From positions 62,001-126,000 of the forward strand of contig BAAIJX010000008.1 of assembly GCA_054600435.1 (NCBI GenBank): a stretch of 64,000 nucleotides of DNA, read 5' to 3'. The position numbers were made by a program, and so were the translations under genes. A model generated the notes under the pieces. That model worked only from the letters and a program-made list of their open reading frames with translations. It was not told where the DNA came from and made no database searches. Positions 47,897 through 58,126 of the stretch are shown piece by piece. This stretch comes from Neophaeotheca triangularis. Taxonomy: Eukaryota. Within the stretch, counting starts at the first letter, position 1. Each line of letters begins with the position of its first letter.

Positions 47897-48520
47897 GTAT
47901 GTCCACACTCAGAGAGGTACCCAACAATCCTTTATCCCGCACCGGACAAACTGGGTTAGCAAGCTACACCGCGCCGCAGCCCATATTCCGAGCATTAATC
48001 CTCACACGACCCAAAGCCTCCAAGTCCGACCCGCAGTCAACCCTTCCACAAGGAAAGAGTCGCACGTCCTTGCGCCCACCAATTCACCAATGACACGTTC
48101 GCGCTGATAGATTCGCAAAGCCTTAACCCGATCCCCAAGCCCCCGAAGATGGGGACTGAGGATGAAAAATTCACCCAACGTGATCCTTAGCCGGAAATGC
48201 TAGCTAGCCGTGAGAGAGAGAGAGAGAGAGAGACAGAGGATTGTATCACCAGTTGAGGGCATAGTCCCGAAAACCACTAGGACAGTCAGATATCGGGACA
48301 GCGTCGAACCGCGGGGAGTCCGCGGGCCACACGACCAAAAAGACCAGCGGTTGGGAGTTGGACGGAGCGGGAGAAGTAACTTATCCCATACCGTCCCGTC
48401 GCCAAAATAGCGATGACCATGGATTCGAGAGAAGCCTACGAGTGTGCGACCCTTGCGATGGTTCTTTGACGAATGCAGCCGACTGCCCGGTGGCGTCCAG
48501 CGACCACCACGGGCCCCAAG
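47897..48520 (-). ncRNA. Candidate large box H/ACA-type structured RNA (family unassigned)
   Basis: On the minus strand: 5' hairpin (CGCUGGU 48349-48343 / ACUGGUG 48253-48247), H box AUACAA (48246-48241), internal domain closed by (AA)UCCUC/GAGGA(UU), 3' hairpin AUGCUCGGA/UCUGAGUGU, then ACA (47902-47900). Many stems depend on G-U pairs. The 5' end is uncertain. Confidence 0.5.
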
Positions 48521-48804
48521 CAGATCTACATGTCCCGTAGTAGCTGCCGGTTTAATAAATACACTTCATCCAAAGTCCAAAAAAAGTCGTCTCATTACAC
48601 CCAGCTAATTCTTTTAAAAAAAAAGAAAGGTATACCCGTCTGTTGCCCCGCCCCCAACTCATCAGCAAGCCCCCCACAAACTCCCATAAACGCCCTACTG
48701 TCTACCACAAACCCCTTGTAACCACAAACACCTAATCCTCCCCGGCACCCGGACTCAACACATAACAAAGCTGCCAATTCGCCAACCCTCGACTTCCTCT
48801 TCCC

Positions 48805-50107
48805 TCAAGAGAGATCCACAACCTCAACCCCCGGGTCTCTACAAGTCTTCAAACGCTTGCTCGTCGGACCCCCTTGACGCTCGACCTCGAAAACCCCATC
48901 GCCATCGTCGTCACCGCTTTCGTCGTCAGAAACGAGGGTAGCGGTATCGCGCTTCTCGCGCTTAACTATTTGCAGTGTTAGCCGTGCGAAAAAGCGTTGC
49001 TGCCAAAGGCGAGGGGAGGGGAAAAAAAAAAAAATCCCCGCTTACCCGCTGCCTCCTCACCAGTTCCCTTGCCTCTTCCACCGTGAGGGAGGCTTCGTCT
49101 CGGTCTTCCAGCGGAGTTGGCGAAGGACTGCGGGGGATGATACCCTCGATTTGGAGGTCTCCTGAGAACGTGGGCGAGTCAGGAGACCATTTCTAGAATG
49201 AACATACTTGTTTTGTTTTTCTTGGGCCCAAAGACTCACTTCGCGAACGGTACTTGAACACAAATTTGGCAAAGGGCTCCTTGCCCCAGGCGTAGGCGCA
49301 GGTGAGGCAGTCGCCCGGGGTATGCGGGACAGGCGGGGCGTAGCTGGTGCCGAGGAGTTAGAGAGAAAAAAAAGGAGGAAAGAATAGGGTTCGCGAGGAA
49401 CATGTGGAGAGCACTCACCCTGCTCGCTGCGAGATAGCGCGACCTTTGAGCGCTTTCTCAGGAACGGCGTGATCGCTTGCCGGCTCCCACAGCCTGACAG
49501 ACCGGCCCTTTACGCTGGGTCCCAGAACCCGCACGCGCGTGAACCGCAGCTCGACTTCACCTAGACAGGAGTACCGAGCGGGCGCATCCGCGTTCGTAGC
49601 AGCGTCGGCTTTCCTTAGCATGTCAGAAAACACATACGCCCTACCAAACGAAGAGGCACCGAAACCGATTCCCACTACGCCCGAAATTGGCCGGGATTCG
49701 CACTTACAAAAACTAATCTCCCGGAACTGGAACCCCTCTCGTACCCACCGGCCATCTTTCAAACTATCGACTCCAGTGATGCGCCGATGCAACGAGCCGT
49801 CGGCAGCGGACTCGCTGGGTCTGTAAATTTTACTCGAGACCAGATTGCCATCGACCTATGCTTGACATCGCAGCGCCGTCCGTAGGTAGGGAAAAGGAGG
49901 TCTGGCGCACACGCGGATGTGGAAGAGAGCGTTGGGGACCGTTTGTACGTAGGCGGTGGTGGCGGCGGTGGCGGTGGTGGTTGTGGTGAGGGATGCGCGG
50001 GACGCGGCGGGATCCGAGTCCCCGTCGTCGTCGTCAGGGTACTCGCGCAGGCGATGGCCGTTTGCGCTCATGTACACTTCGAGACCGGGGAACGTGGAGC
50101 TCCTCAT
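48805..50107 (-). pseudogene. Fungal hypothetical protein gene (family recalled as DUF7918) with one in-frame UAG
   Basis: ATG at 50107: PGLEVYMSANGHRLREY..AYVQTVPNALF..RCQA*VDGN (TAG 49858-49856)..LGEVELRF..VPEKALKG..FVFKYRS..DLQIEGIIPRSPSPTPLEDR..EVVDLS*. Later exons have normal splice signals. Confidence 0.65.
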
Positions 50108-50369
50108 GTTGATCCGGGGGGAGGGGACTTTTAGAAAGCCTCTAGAACGTGAATCTATCCGCAGAAGAGGTTCCAACACACCGCAAAAGGCGACCCGCAA
50201 TGCTGCTCGACGTGAAATGAGCGAGCGGTGGAGGTGGATGCGTAAAGTAGTCGTTCTTGTATTTATATTGGAGTGTAAAGGAAGTTGAGCTTTGACAAAG
50301 CTGGAAAGTGCGCGTCTCAGGGATGCGCGACCAAAGCGGTCAACACGTGATCCACATGGCCTCCTTAAT

Positions 50370-50459
50370 GCGACACATCACAAAAAGCTAAGAGACTCAA
50401 GGCAGCATGTGTAACGCGACACATCACAAAGAGCTAAGAGAGATTGAAGGCAGCATGTG
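50370..50459. repeat. ~46-bp imperfect tandem duplication (intergenic)
   Basis: GCGACACATCACAAA(A/G)AGCTAAGAGA..AAGGCAGCATGTG occurs twice, at 50370 and 50416. Confidence 0.88.
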
Positions 50460-50672
50460 CCTGTCGAATCATACGCTAGTGGAACACAGAAGAGTCGAAG
50501 AGATACGTCGAAAAGATACTTCCAATGAATTCGAGACCAATCCCCCCCCCCCTCATCGCTAAAAGCAATCATCATAGCATACCTAGGTATACCATGGCTC
50601 AACTCCGACTCCCATCACCCACACACAGCCAACTCCATCCTCCACCTTACGTGTCTACACCCTCGCAACTCT

Positions 50673-52079
50673 TTACATGTTAGCCCTGACACCAAGCGGC
50701 GCAACACCAACGCGCTCCTTGGCCAACAAGTCCACCAACAAGGGACTGGGCCTGTTATCCCGGGGCCCGCCCTTGAGCACATCCTGCGTCTCCTTGTACA
50801 AGTTGACCGACTTGATGTAAGCATCAAACAGGTAGCTAGAGTCGAGCGGACCGCCCTTGGCCTCGGGGTGGAATTGGGTGGAGAAGATGGGGCGGCTCTT
50901 GTGAATCAGGCCCTCATTACTGCCGTCGTTGAGGTTGGTGAAGTATTCCCTGAATTCGCCGGGGAGCGTAGTCGGGTCGACCGCGTAGCCATGGTTTTGC
51001 GACGTGATATGGCATTTTCCTGTAGAGAGGTCGAGGGCTGGGATGTTGTGTGCGCGGTTGCCGTACTTCATCTTGGTCGTGCCGGCGCCGCAGGCGATGG
51101 CGAGGAGTTGGTGGCCCAAGCAGATGCCGAAGATGGGGATCTGGGAGCTATTCATGAGGTCTTTGAGATTGTCCGAGGTGGCGCGGCAGTGGGTAGGGTC
51201 ACCGGGGCCGTTGGAGATGAAAACGCCGTCGAAGTGGTGCGCAGTCTTGTGGATCGGGTAGTCGAATGGCAAGCAAGTGACAGAGGCACCGCGAGAGACG
51301 AGGGAACGAATGATGTTCTCCTTGACACCGCAGTCGATCAGAGCGACGTGCGACGTGCCATTGGGAGAGGGAACGTGGAAAGGAGCTTTTGTGGACACCT
51401 TGGCGACCAAGTTAATGCTCGCCGGGTCCTCGTAAGCTTCGTCCTCATCCGCGTCGTATTCTTCTCCCACAGTGATCTTGCCGAGCGAAGAACCCTGCTC
51501 TCGCAAGTGCGTGACGATAGCCCTAGTGTCCACACCAGAGATGGCTGGCACCCCCTCGCGAGCACACCACTGCGACAAGGACTCAACAGCCGTCCAGTGG
51601 CTGTATTGCAAAGCCACGTCCGCCACCACAATCGCGCAAGCCTGAATGTTGGGGCTTTCAAAGTACTTCAGCAGTCCATATTCATCCCTGGCGTTGGAAG
51701 GAACGCCATAATTGCCAATCAATGGCTGGGTGAAGACCAAGATCTGACCGCGGTAAGACGGATCGGTCATGGACTCCGGGTATCCCACCAACGACGTTGT
51801 GAAGACAGCCTCACCACTAGCGTTGGTCTTTGCTCCAAAGCTCTTACCGTGGAAGATGGGTCCGTCGCGGATCGTAAAGGTCGCTCTTTCGTAAGAAGGG
51901 GAGGTGACTTTCTTAGCCCGCGCCGCGGGAACGCGAGGCGCACCATTGACGGCGGTGGCATTGCCTCTAATCTGCACGATCGGAACGTTTCTGATGCCGT
52001 TGGCAAACGCCTTCACGGCAGGCCTGACAGTAGGCATGGAAGTGGGCTTGAAGAGCTGCGGAAGCATGATGCTGGCCAT
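50673..52079 (-). CDS. CPA1: Arginine-specific carbamoyl-phosphate synthetase small subunit (mitochondrial)
   Basis: [58 protein letters not shown]. Presequence-like N-terminus from ATG 52079. Confidence 0.97.
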   Translation of the reverse strand: MASIMLPQLFKPTSMPTVRPAVKAFANGIRNVPIVQIRGNATAVNGAPRVPAARAKKVTSPSYERATFTIRDGPIFHGKSFGAKTNASGEAVFTTSLVGYPESMTDPSYRGQILVFTQPLIGNYGVPSNARDEYGLLKYFESPNIQACAIVVADVALQYSHWTAVESLSQWCAREGVPAISGVDTRAIVTHLREQGSSLGKITVGEEYDADEDEAYEDPASINLVAKVSTKAPFHVPSPNGTSHVALIDCGVKENIIRSLVSRGASVTCLPFDYPIHKTAHHFDGVFISNGPGDPTHCRATSDNLKDLMNSSQIPIFGICLGHQLLAIACGAGTTKMKYGNRAHNIPALDLSTGKCHITSQNHGYAVDPTTLPGEFREYFTNLNDGSNEGLIHKSRPIFSTQFHPEAKGGPLDSSYLFDAYIKSVNLYKETQDVLKGGPRDNRPSPLLVDLLAKERVGVAPLGVRANM

Positions 52080-52135
52080 GATTGTTTTGATGTAATGTGT
52101 AGTTTTTATTCCTGTCCTTTGTCGACGGCGGTGTA

Positions 52136-52342
52136 TCAGTTCACAGAGGCCTTCCACAGATGATCGGAGATGTAATCTGAACGAGGCAGTTCATGTCAGC
52201 CCAAGACACATTGTTCACAAACGGCACAATGCTAGCCCTAACAAAGCCAGGCAGGGCGGCGGCAGCGACAACAGCAGCAGGCAGCGGTGAAGGCGGTAGT
52301 TTGCTTACCTTGCGAAGTGAAGAGGCTGGGAGCAGAACGCAT
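52136..52342 (-). CDS. Arginine attenuator peptide (AAP) uORF, 24 aa, spliced
   Basis: Exons 52342-52309 and 52176-52136 (75 nt in total; intron GTAAGC..GCTGAC..CAG) give [24 protein letters not shown], matching the Neurospora arg-2 AAP core FTSQDYLSDHLW. Confidence 0.95.
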
Positions 52343-52748
52343 GAATACGACTTTAGTACGGCATGCCACAAGAGGCGGGATGGTATGGGTTTGATGGAGA
52401 AGAGGAGGGAGGAGGAGAGTAGTGATGAGTCGCGGTGGTGTCGAGGGAAAAGATAAAGGAAAGTACTCGACTGATGATTGTCAAAACTCTAAACAAAGCC
52501 GACGCCCGTGCCTGGCAGCGACTGGCAGCGACTGGCAGCAACGGGTAGCGAGTCTCGGAGGGAAGCCGGCGATTGCGAAAGTGCAAGTGGTGAGAAGTCT
52601 GACTTGGACAAATTTCTACTCAAGTTGATTGGCCAGAATCGCTCCAGAAGCTGCCGTTATCGGGTGAAGAGACGCGCCTTGACCGCCTACAACCAACCTT
52701 GGGTTACCTCCCCCTATCTGGCTGACATTACATGCATGCAGTCAGTCA

Positions 52749-52786
52749 GATAGATGGATAGATGGATAGATGGATAGATAGATGGA
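52749..52786. repeat. (GATA/GATG)n tetranucleotide microsatellite
   Basis: GATAGATGGATAGATGGATAGATGGATAGATAGATGGA. Confidence 0.85.
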
Positions 52787-53176
52787 CAATCGTATTAACA
52801 TGTATACCTAGCACTCACAAGATACAGACGAATCGTAAAAAGATGAATGACTTGTAAACACGCCTCGAACGGGCCGCAAAAGCAAACCCCCCATCATGGT
52901 CGACGAAGAATACCTCTCCCTCCTACTATATGTCGTGGCAAGAGGCCGATTCATCATCAATGTATGCTCCAAAACGCCGCGCTGAATCGTTCATAAATGC
53001 ATCGTGTGCCCCTTTCGCCCGCCATGCCATGACCGCCTCCTTTCCCGCCCTTCTATCCGTGGGGTATTATATTTCGTCCGCCTTCGTCAGCTAGAAATAT
53101 TGCCACATGCAATCGTCATCTACTCGTCTCCACCCAGGAAAGCACTTTCGCTCCACAAGTCCGGCAGTCAGGATCC

Positions 53177-54984
53177 CTAATCAAGACTGCCGTTTCTCGA
53201 TTCGAAGCTAGGCCTGATGTCCGGGTTGGCGATTCCCAAGGGCCGACTGTAGTCCTGGTTGTCCTGGACGGAAACGCGGCTGCCATTGGCTTCATGACTG
53301 GCAAACAGTGCCGACGGGTTGAGTCGTTGATCGTAAACAAGCGGCCTGCTATGCCGCCTCTGCGATCCAGCGGCGGAGGCACCCCCCATGACAGTGCTGG
53401 CGCCATCGGTGCCGTGGCTGCTACCCAGCGGACCTGTGGGGTTCGTCCCATCGTGGCCGTCGCTGTACAGCATTGATTGCCGAACACTGCCCCCGCCTTT
53501 GAACGACTCATCGGCACCATTGCGTTCCGACATGTCCGGTCGCCCACGTCGGCTTCCTCCTGCAGCGGCACCGAGCAGCCCCGTACGGCTGAGTATGCTG
53601 CCATTGCGCTTGACGCCAAAGCTCCTCCCTGGCTGCGATGGCTCTTGGCTTTGAGCCTTCTTTCGCCGGTAGCAGAAGAGCATACCAATGATGATTGCAG
53701 CTGCTCCAATGAGCGAGCCGATCACGATGCCTGCTATCGCGCCACCGGAGAGCCCTTTCCGTCCCCCGATCGCTTGCTCCTGGGCCGGTACACCCGCGCC
53801 TGGCCCTGGTGTGTTGGTGGGAGTCGATGTGACGACAATGGTATGGCCCTGACCTGAGACAGTCGTAGTGATGAGGGACACCTCTGCTGAAGACGCAGAG
53901 GACGCGGGTGAAGAGCTAGAAGATCTCGTAGTTGGTGCCACTGGCGCAAGCTTCGTGGTCGACGAGCTAGGCTCTGGGGGAATGGAAGTGGTAGAAGTTG
54001 GCCTCAAAGTAGGCGTTGTCGCGGGGTTGGGAGTGGGGGTAGTCTGGATGAATATCAGTTAGTTATAGTCTAGTACTCGGTGCGCATTCGCTGAAGTCCC
54101 GATATCACTCAGCCAGACGATGCCTCGTGACACGAATAGGTATCTGTTGAAACGAAAGGACGCAGGACTTGACTCACAGACGTAGTAGATTCGTCCTCTG
54201 GAGTACTGCTCGGTGATTGAACCTGGGAAGTAGCCTGAGACGTTGGGGGTGTTATTACAGGTGCCTCCTCGAAAGTAGAAGAAGGAGAAGTGTCTTGAAC
54301 CAAGGAAGTGGGGGAGGTAAAAGGCACGACAGGTGTCGTGGAAGAAGAAGAGGTAGAAGTAGAGGTAGAAGAAGTAGAGGTAGAGGTAGTCAAAGAAGCG
54401 ATTGGAGGAGTAGCAATGTTTGTCGTCTCAGGCTCGGGCTCAGGCTCCGTGGAAGTGGAAGTCGAAGTAGTACTAACCGGCTCAGTGCTTGGATCAGCAG
54501 TGCTTGGATTAGCAGTGCTGGGTTCGGCGGGGGCGCTGGTCTCCTGCGCACTCGACGCTCCAGCGGTTCCCGAAGGCTCCCTTCGTAGAGGCACGTATCC
54601 ATACAGTCCGTTGTCCTCGTTTCCACATTTTTCGCTCGGGTATCCTGGACAATCCTGATTGCAGCTGCCTATCGACAGTTGATTGGCGGGTATGTAGTTT
54701 GAGCACCAACAGCTCTGCCATTGCACGACAGCAAAGGCGTAGTTGTCAGCGCATTGGGTGAAGCATGCACCATTGGATTGTACGTTGTTGAGGACTGATT
54801 CCCGTTAGCCCTGGTGTTTCATCGTATTGTGTCCTCGTCACAAACCTCTGTCATAGTCGGAGCCCGTGTTTTGGTCCGAACAGTAGGACTGAGTCAAGTC
54901 TTCAAATATGTTCTGCGCTTGCACGAGCAAGCCGAAGCCAACGAGAAGAGCAGTTCGGTATGGAAGCATGCTGTCGAGCTTCAT
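53177..54984 (-). CDS. WSC-domain cell wall integrity sensor (Wsc1/Slg1/WscA-like), multi-exon
   Basis: Signal peptide; WSC cysteines (YCS..SNGACFTQC..CWCSN..CNQDCPGYPSEKCG); Ser/Thr stalk; TM GLSGGAIAGIVIGSLIGAAAIIIGMLF; tail DQRLNP..DNQDYSRPLGIANPD. Confidence 0.9.
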
Positions 54985-57900
54985 GATGCTCGAACAATGA
55001 CGGCCGGTGATGGTATCGAGGAAAGAGACGTGAGAGACTCGAGAGCGAACACCGGGTAGGTCGTTGCGCTAGAGCGATGTCGAAAGTATTGGCCTCATAT
55101 GATGAAGAGCTCGCCTAGGTGGTAGTTCGTTTCAAACTCTTGGACTTCGGTCTATGGAGCCCGAACCAAACTTGGCGAGAGATATCGGGAAAGCGCAGTG
55201 AAACGGTGACAAGTTGGGGTATCAGGCCCGGCTTCGAGGGTGGGAGGATTGAAGATTTGCGGTGGTACCGCATGCGAGGCTGCGATAATCAAGAGAAGCA
55301 ATAAAAAGACTCGGATGGTGTATGTAGCGTGTGAGGAGACCGGAGGAGTGCAGGGTTCGGTGGTGGTCGGGCGGAGATGGGATATGTGGAGGTAGTAGAG
55401 GTAGCCAATGGGTGAAAGTGTCGCCGAAGAACGCCAGGAGCCGGCCAAGAAAGGTTCGTCTCTTTCTAGCGTCGTCCGCGGGAAAGCCGGCAGCGAACTA
55501 CTAGTAGTAGTAGAGGGATTGTCCTTTCTTGAAATGGCCTAGTGTGGTGTGAGATGGGCACTGCATCAATGGGGAGGTGGAAGGGGAAAGAAAAAGAAAA
55601 AGAGGCGCAAAGAGCGGAAGACGAGTGTGTAGTAGGTATAGGTGTAGGTGCAGGTGGAGGTGCAGGTGCAGTACGAGTTGGTTGGTTGGTTGGTTGAGGA
55701 AGGAGAAGCGGTTCACGGTTGTAGGAGGTAGGTACCTTAGATAGGTACCTGTAACCAGTAATGGAACGTTATGATGATAGTAATAAAGTGATTGGGGGGG
55801 AGGGGGGAAGAGAATCTTGCTGACTGGCGGGAACAGAGGCACCCGTAACTTTTAGACCTTCTTGACCAGGTAAGAGATGGAACGGCCGGGGGTGGGGGAG
55901 AGAGAGATCCAAGAGATGCACACAGCCAGTAGTACTACTAGTTACTAGTACTAAATACACTGAACACCAATGCATTGATTTTATTATTTAATATCATTAT
56001 TACAAAAGTAACTGTAGTAACTTATTATCCGTGATCTACAAACCGTTGGTCTCTGATGAGAGTAGTCTCTAAAGGTCTCTGAGAGTCTCTTTCTCTCGTC
56101 TGATCTGCCCGCTCGTGCACATCGCAATTTCCACCCCTTCGTCACCACTCCACCCTCAGTTCAGTAGTGACTCCAGTCGGCGAATATTTATCCCACCATC
56201 AATCTCGATATGGCCGACCCGACGCCCATTATTGTTACATAGTAGTACCTTTTGCTGTTCTACACTCGTGAACACACACCCCTGAAACTTATCGTACACT
56301 TGTCCCTCCTGGAAGCTGCCCGAGACGACTAGTTAGTATTGTAGCAACTCTGGAGCGATCTCTTCTTAACGTTAAACCCTTGTCATCGAACCTCTACGAG
56401 AAGAAATCATTATAGTAATCGACAAGACCGCGCCGCTGAAGCACCATCAAATCTACCATGCTTTGCGTTTAGTTCTCAACTCATCAAAAAAAAAAAAAAA
56501 GGAAAAAAAAAAAGGCGTAATCACCATTACCAACACTCCCGTCGCGCTCGTACATGCTAGGCGCTCTTCGCTTGCCTGGCAACCAACAGCCGGCTGGATA
56601 TTGATTGGCAAAGTAAGACTTAGATAGTTGACAAGCCTTGGTCGGGTGGAGGGGTCCAAGTGAGCGTGGCGAAGAGAGCTCCCTCGCCTTCATTGCATGC
56701 TACTCGCGGCAAAAAGCATCAAAAGACTTGGGTCCATCCAGCACCATCATGTGGTATGCCAAAACAAAAAAAAAACTCGGTAGGAGCAATGCCATCACCC
56801 ATCCCTACCATCAACTAACTAGTTAGGCAAGTAGGTATGTAAGTAGGTACGTAAGTAAGTAGGTACCCAAGCATCCACGCGCCATCCATGGATGGCTAGA
56901 CAATAACGCGGACAAGCGACAACGACAACACGAAGCAAAGAGTCTATCTCTAAAAGCAGTCCTGCGAACCAAGCAAGACTCCCACTTCCGCCAGCTTCTT
57001 GAGCTCCGCAAGGGAAAGGGCATCCATCGGAAGCGGCAACAAGCCAAAACCTGCTAGCAGGTATATACCTATGTATACATGTATTCGCCCCTCACGCCTC
57101 TCATTTACGTAGGTGCAAGTACCCGAGCTAGCTAGCTAGGTAGGTAAACGCTCGGCATCCCCCTCAAAAAAGGACGGAGTATACAGTACCTCATGGTAGA
57201 TAGATTCCCCTTTGCACCAAAGAGCGAAAGCAAGACTGGTACGCCGTCACACTCATCAAGCTTGAGCCTCGACGAAGAGACGGGACACCCCCGATCTTTT
57301 CAAAAATGCTCGCTCGGTGCACGCTGTTTCAAGCTGCCGTGGAGAGTAAGACGAAGACAAGAGTTGAGGGGAGGGGGCTGGCTGGTAGTCGAACGTGTGG
57401 CGAAGGCTTCGCTCGTCCAAGAGTCCGACGAGGGGATGCTGGGTTGAGCTATTTGATATTGAAAGGGATGCTTAGCTAGAGGTAGTGAATACCTAATAAC
57501 TAATGACAATGATGGTACAGCTTCCGTATCCATGAAGAATATCCCCGCCATCTCGAGCTCTCTCCGTCCAAGAGATCTCCTCTCCCATCGGGAGGGAGCT
57601 GCAGCAAAAGCTTGTTTTATTACATCGACTCCCGTGCTCTACCCAGAGCCCCAGCTTGTAAGCTGCCGTGTTATCTTCTCCATGTGTCTGCTGGTGTTGG
57701 AAGGAATTCGTCGCCACCACCATGCCGCGCTCGCGGCTCGCACGCACGACAAGATCTGCGACCCGCGTCGGCCAGCGCATCGCTTGCGTGCCGATGAGGG
57801 TGCATTGGATCGAGATGCTGGGCAAAAGTGTACGCGATCGGTTCGGTGCGTTGTTGGAATGTGTCTCGGTTGTCTTCTGCAGCACGGGGTGAGGAGTAGC

Positions 57901-58126
57901 GCTTTTGCCAACTTCGAAGGCCTCTTGGCGATGAGTTCTGTGCTCGTCCTTTACTCCCTTCCAAGTCGGCCGTGGTCTTTCCGTGGGAAGAAGCCATGCA
58001 ATGTCCTCTTTAAGGGCGGCGGTGTCTGCGGGGGTCTGTGTTGAGTCACACGCTAACAATGCACCGCTATCAACTACACGCGCAACCAACGAGACAACAG
58101 TCGGCCTGTTTAAATGGGATGCCAGA

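Noticed and set aside
48131..48172. Sm-site-like AAUUUUU plus stem-loop (snRNA 3' end) or RNase MRP P4-like AGUCCCC/GGGGCU
   Set aside because: No U1/U2/U4/U5 conserved 5' sequences nearby. The P4-like strands form a local hairpin, not the long-range pseudoknot.
47983..48290. snR30/U17 assignment from plus-strand ATATTCC (47983) and AAACCAC..ACA (48271-48284)
   Set aside because: The motifs are ~280 nt apart, have no closing stem and have the wrong spacing to ACA. G-U-dependent stems favour the minus strand, where m1/m2 are absent.
50868..52163. Long antisense ORFs (431 aa opposite CPA1; similarly 60730-61875 in an alternate frame of the DGAT gene)
   Set aside because: Shadow ORFs caused by GC-rich codon usage of the real genes, with no recognisable motifs.
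55000..57500. Long low-complexity intergenic region as a telomerase RNA or transposon relic
   Set aside because: No TAACCCTAA-type template, terminal repeats, transposase fragments or RIP-like AT-rich block seen. It fits the long leader/promoter of the WSC gene.
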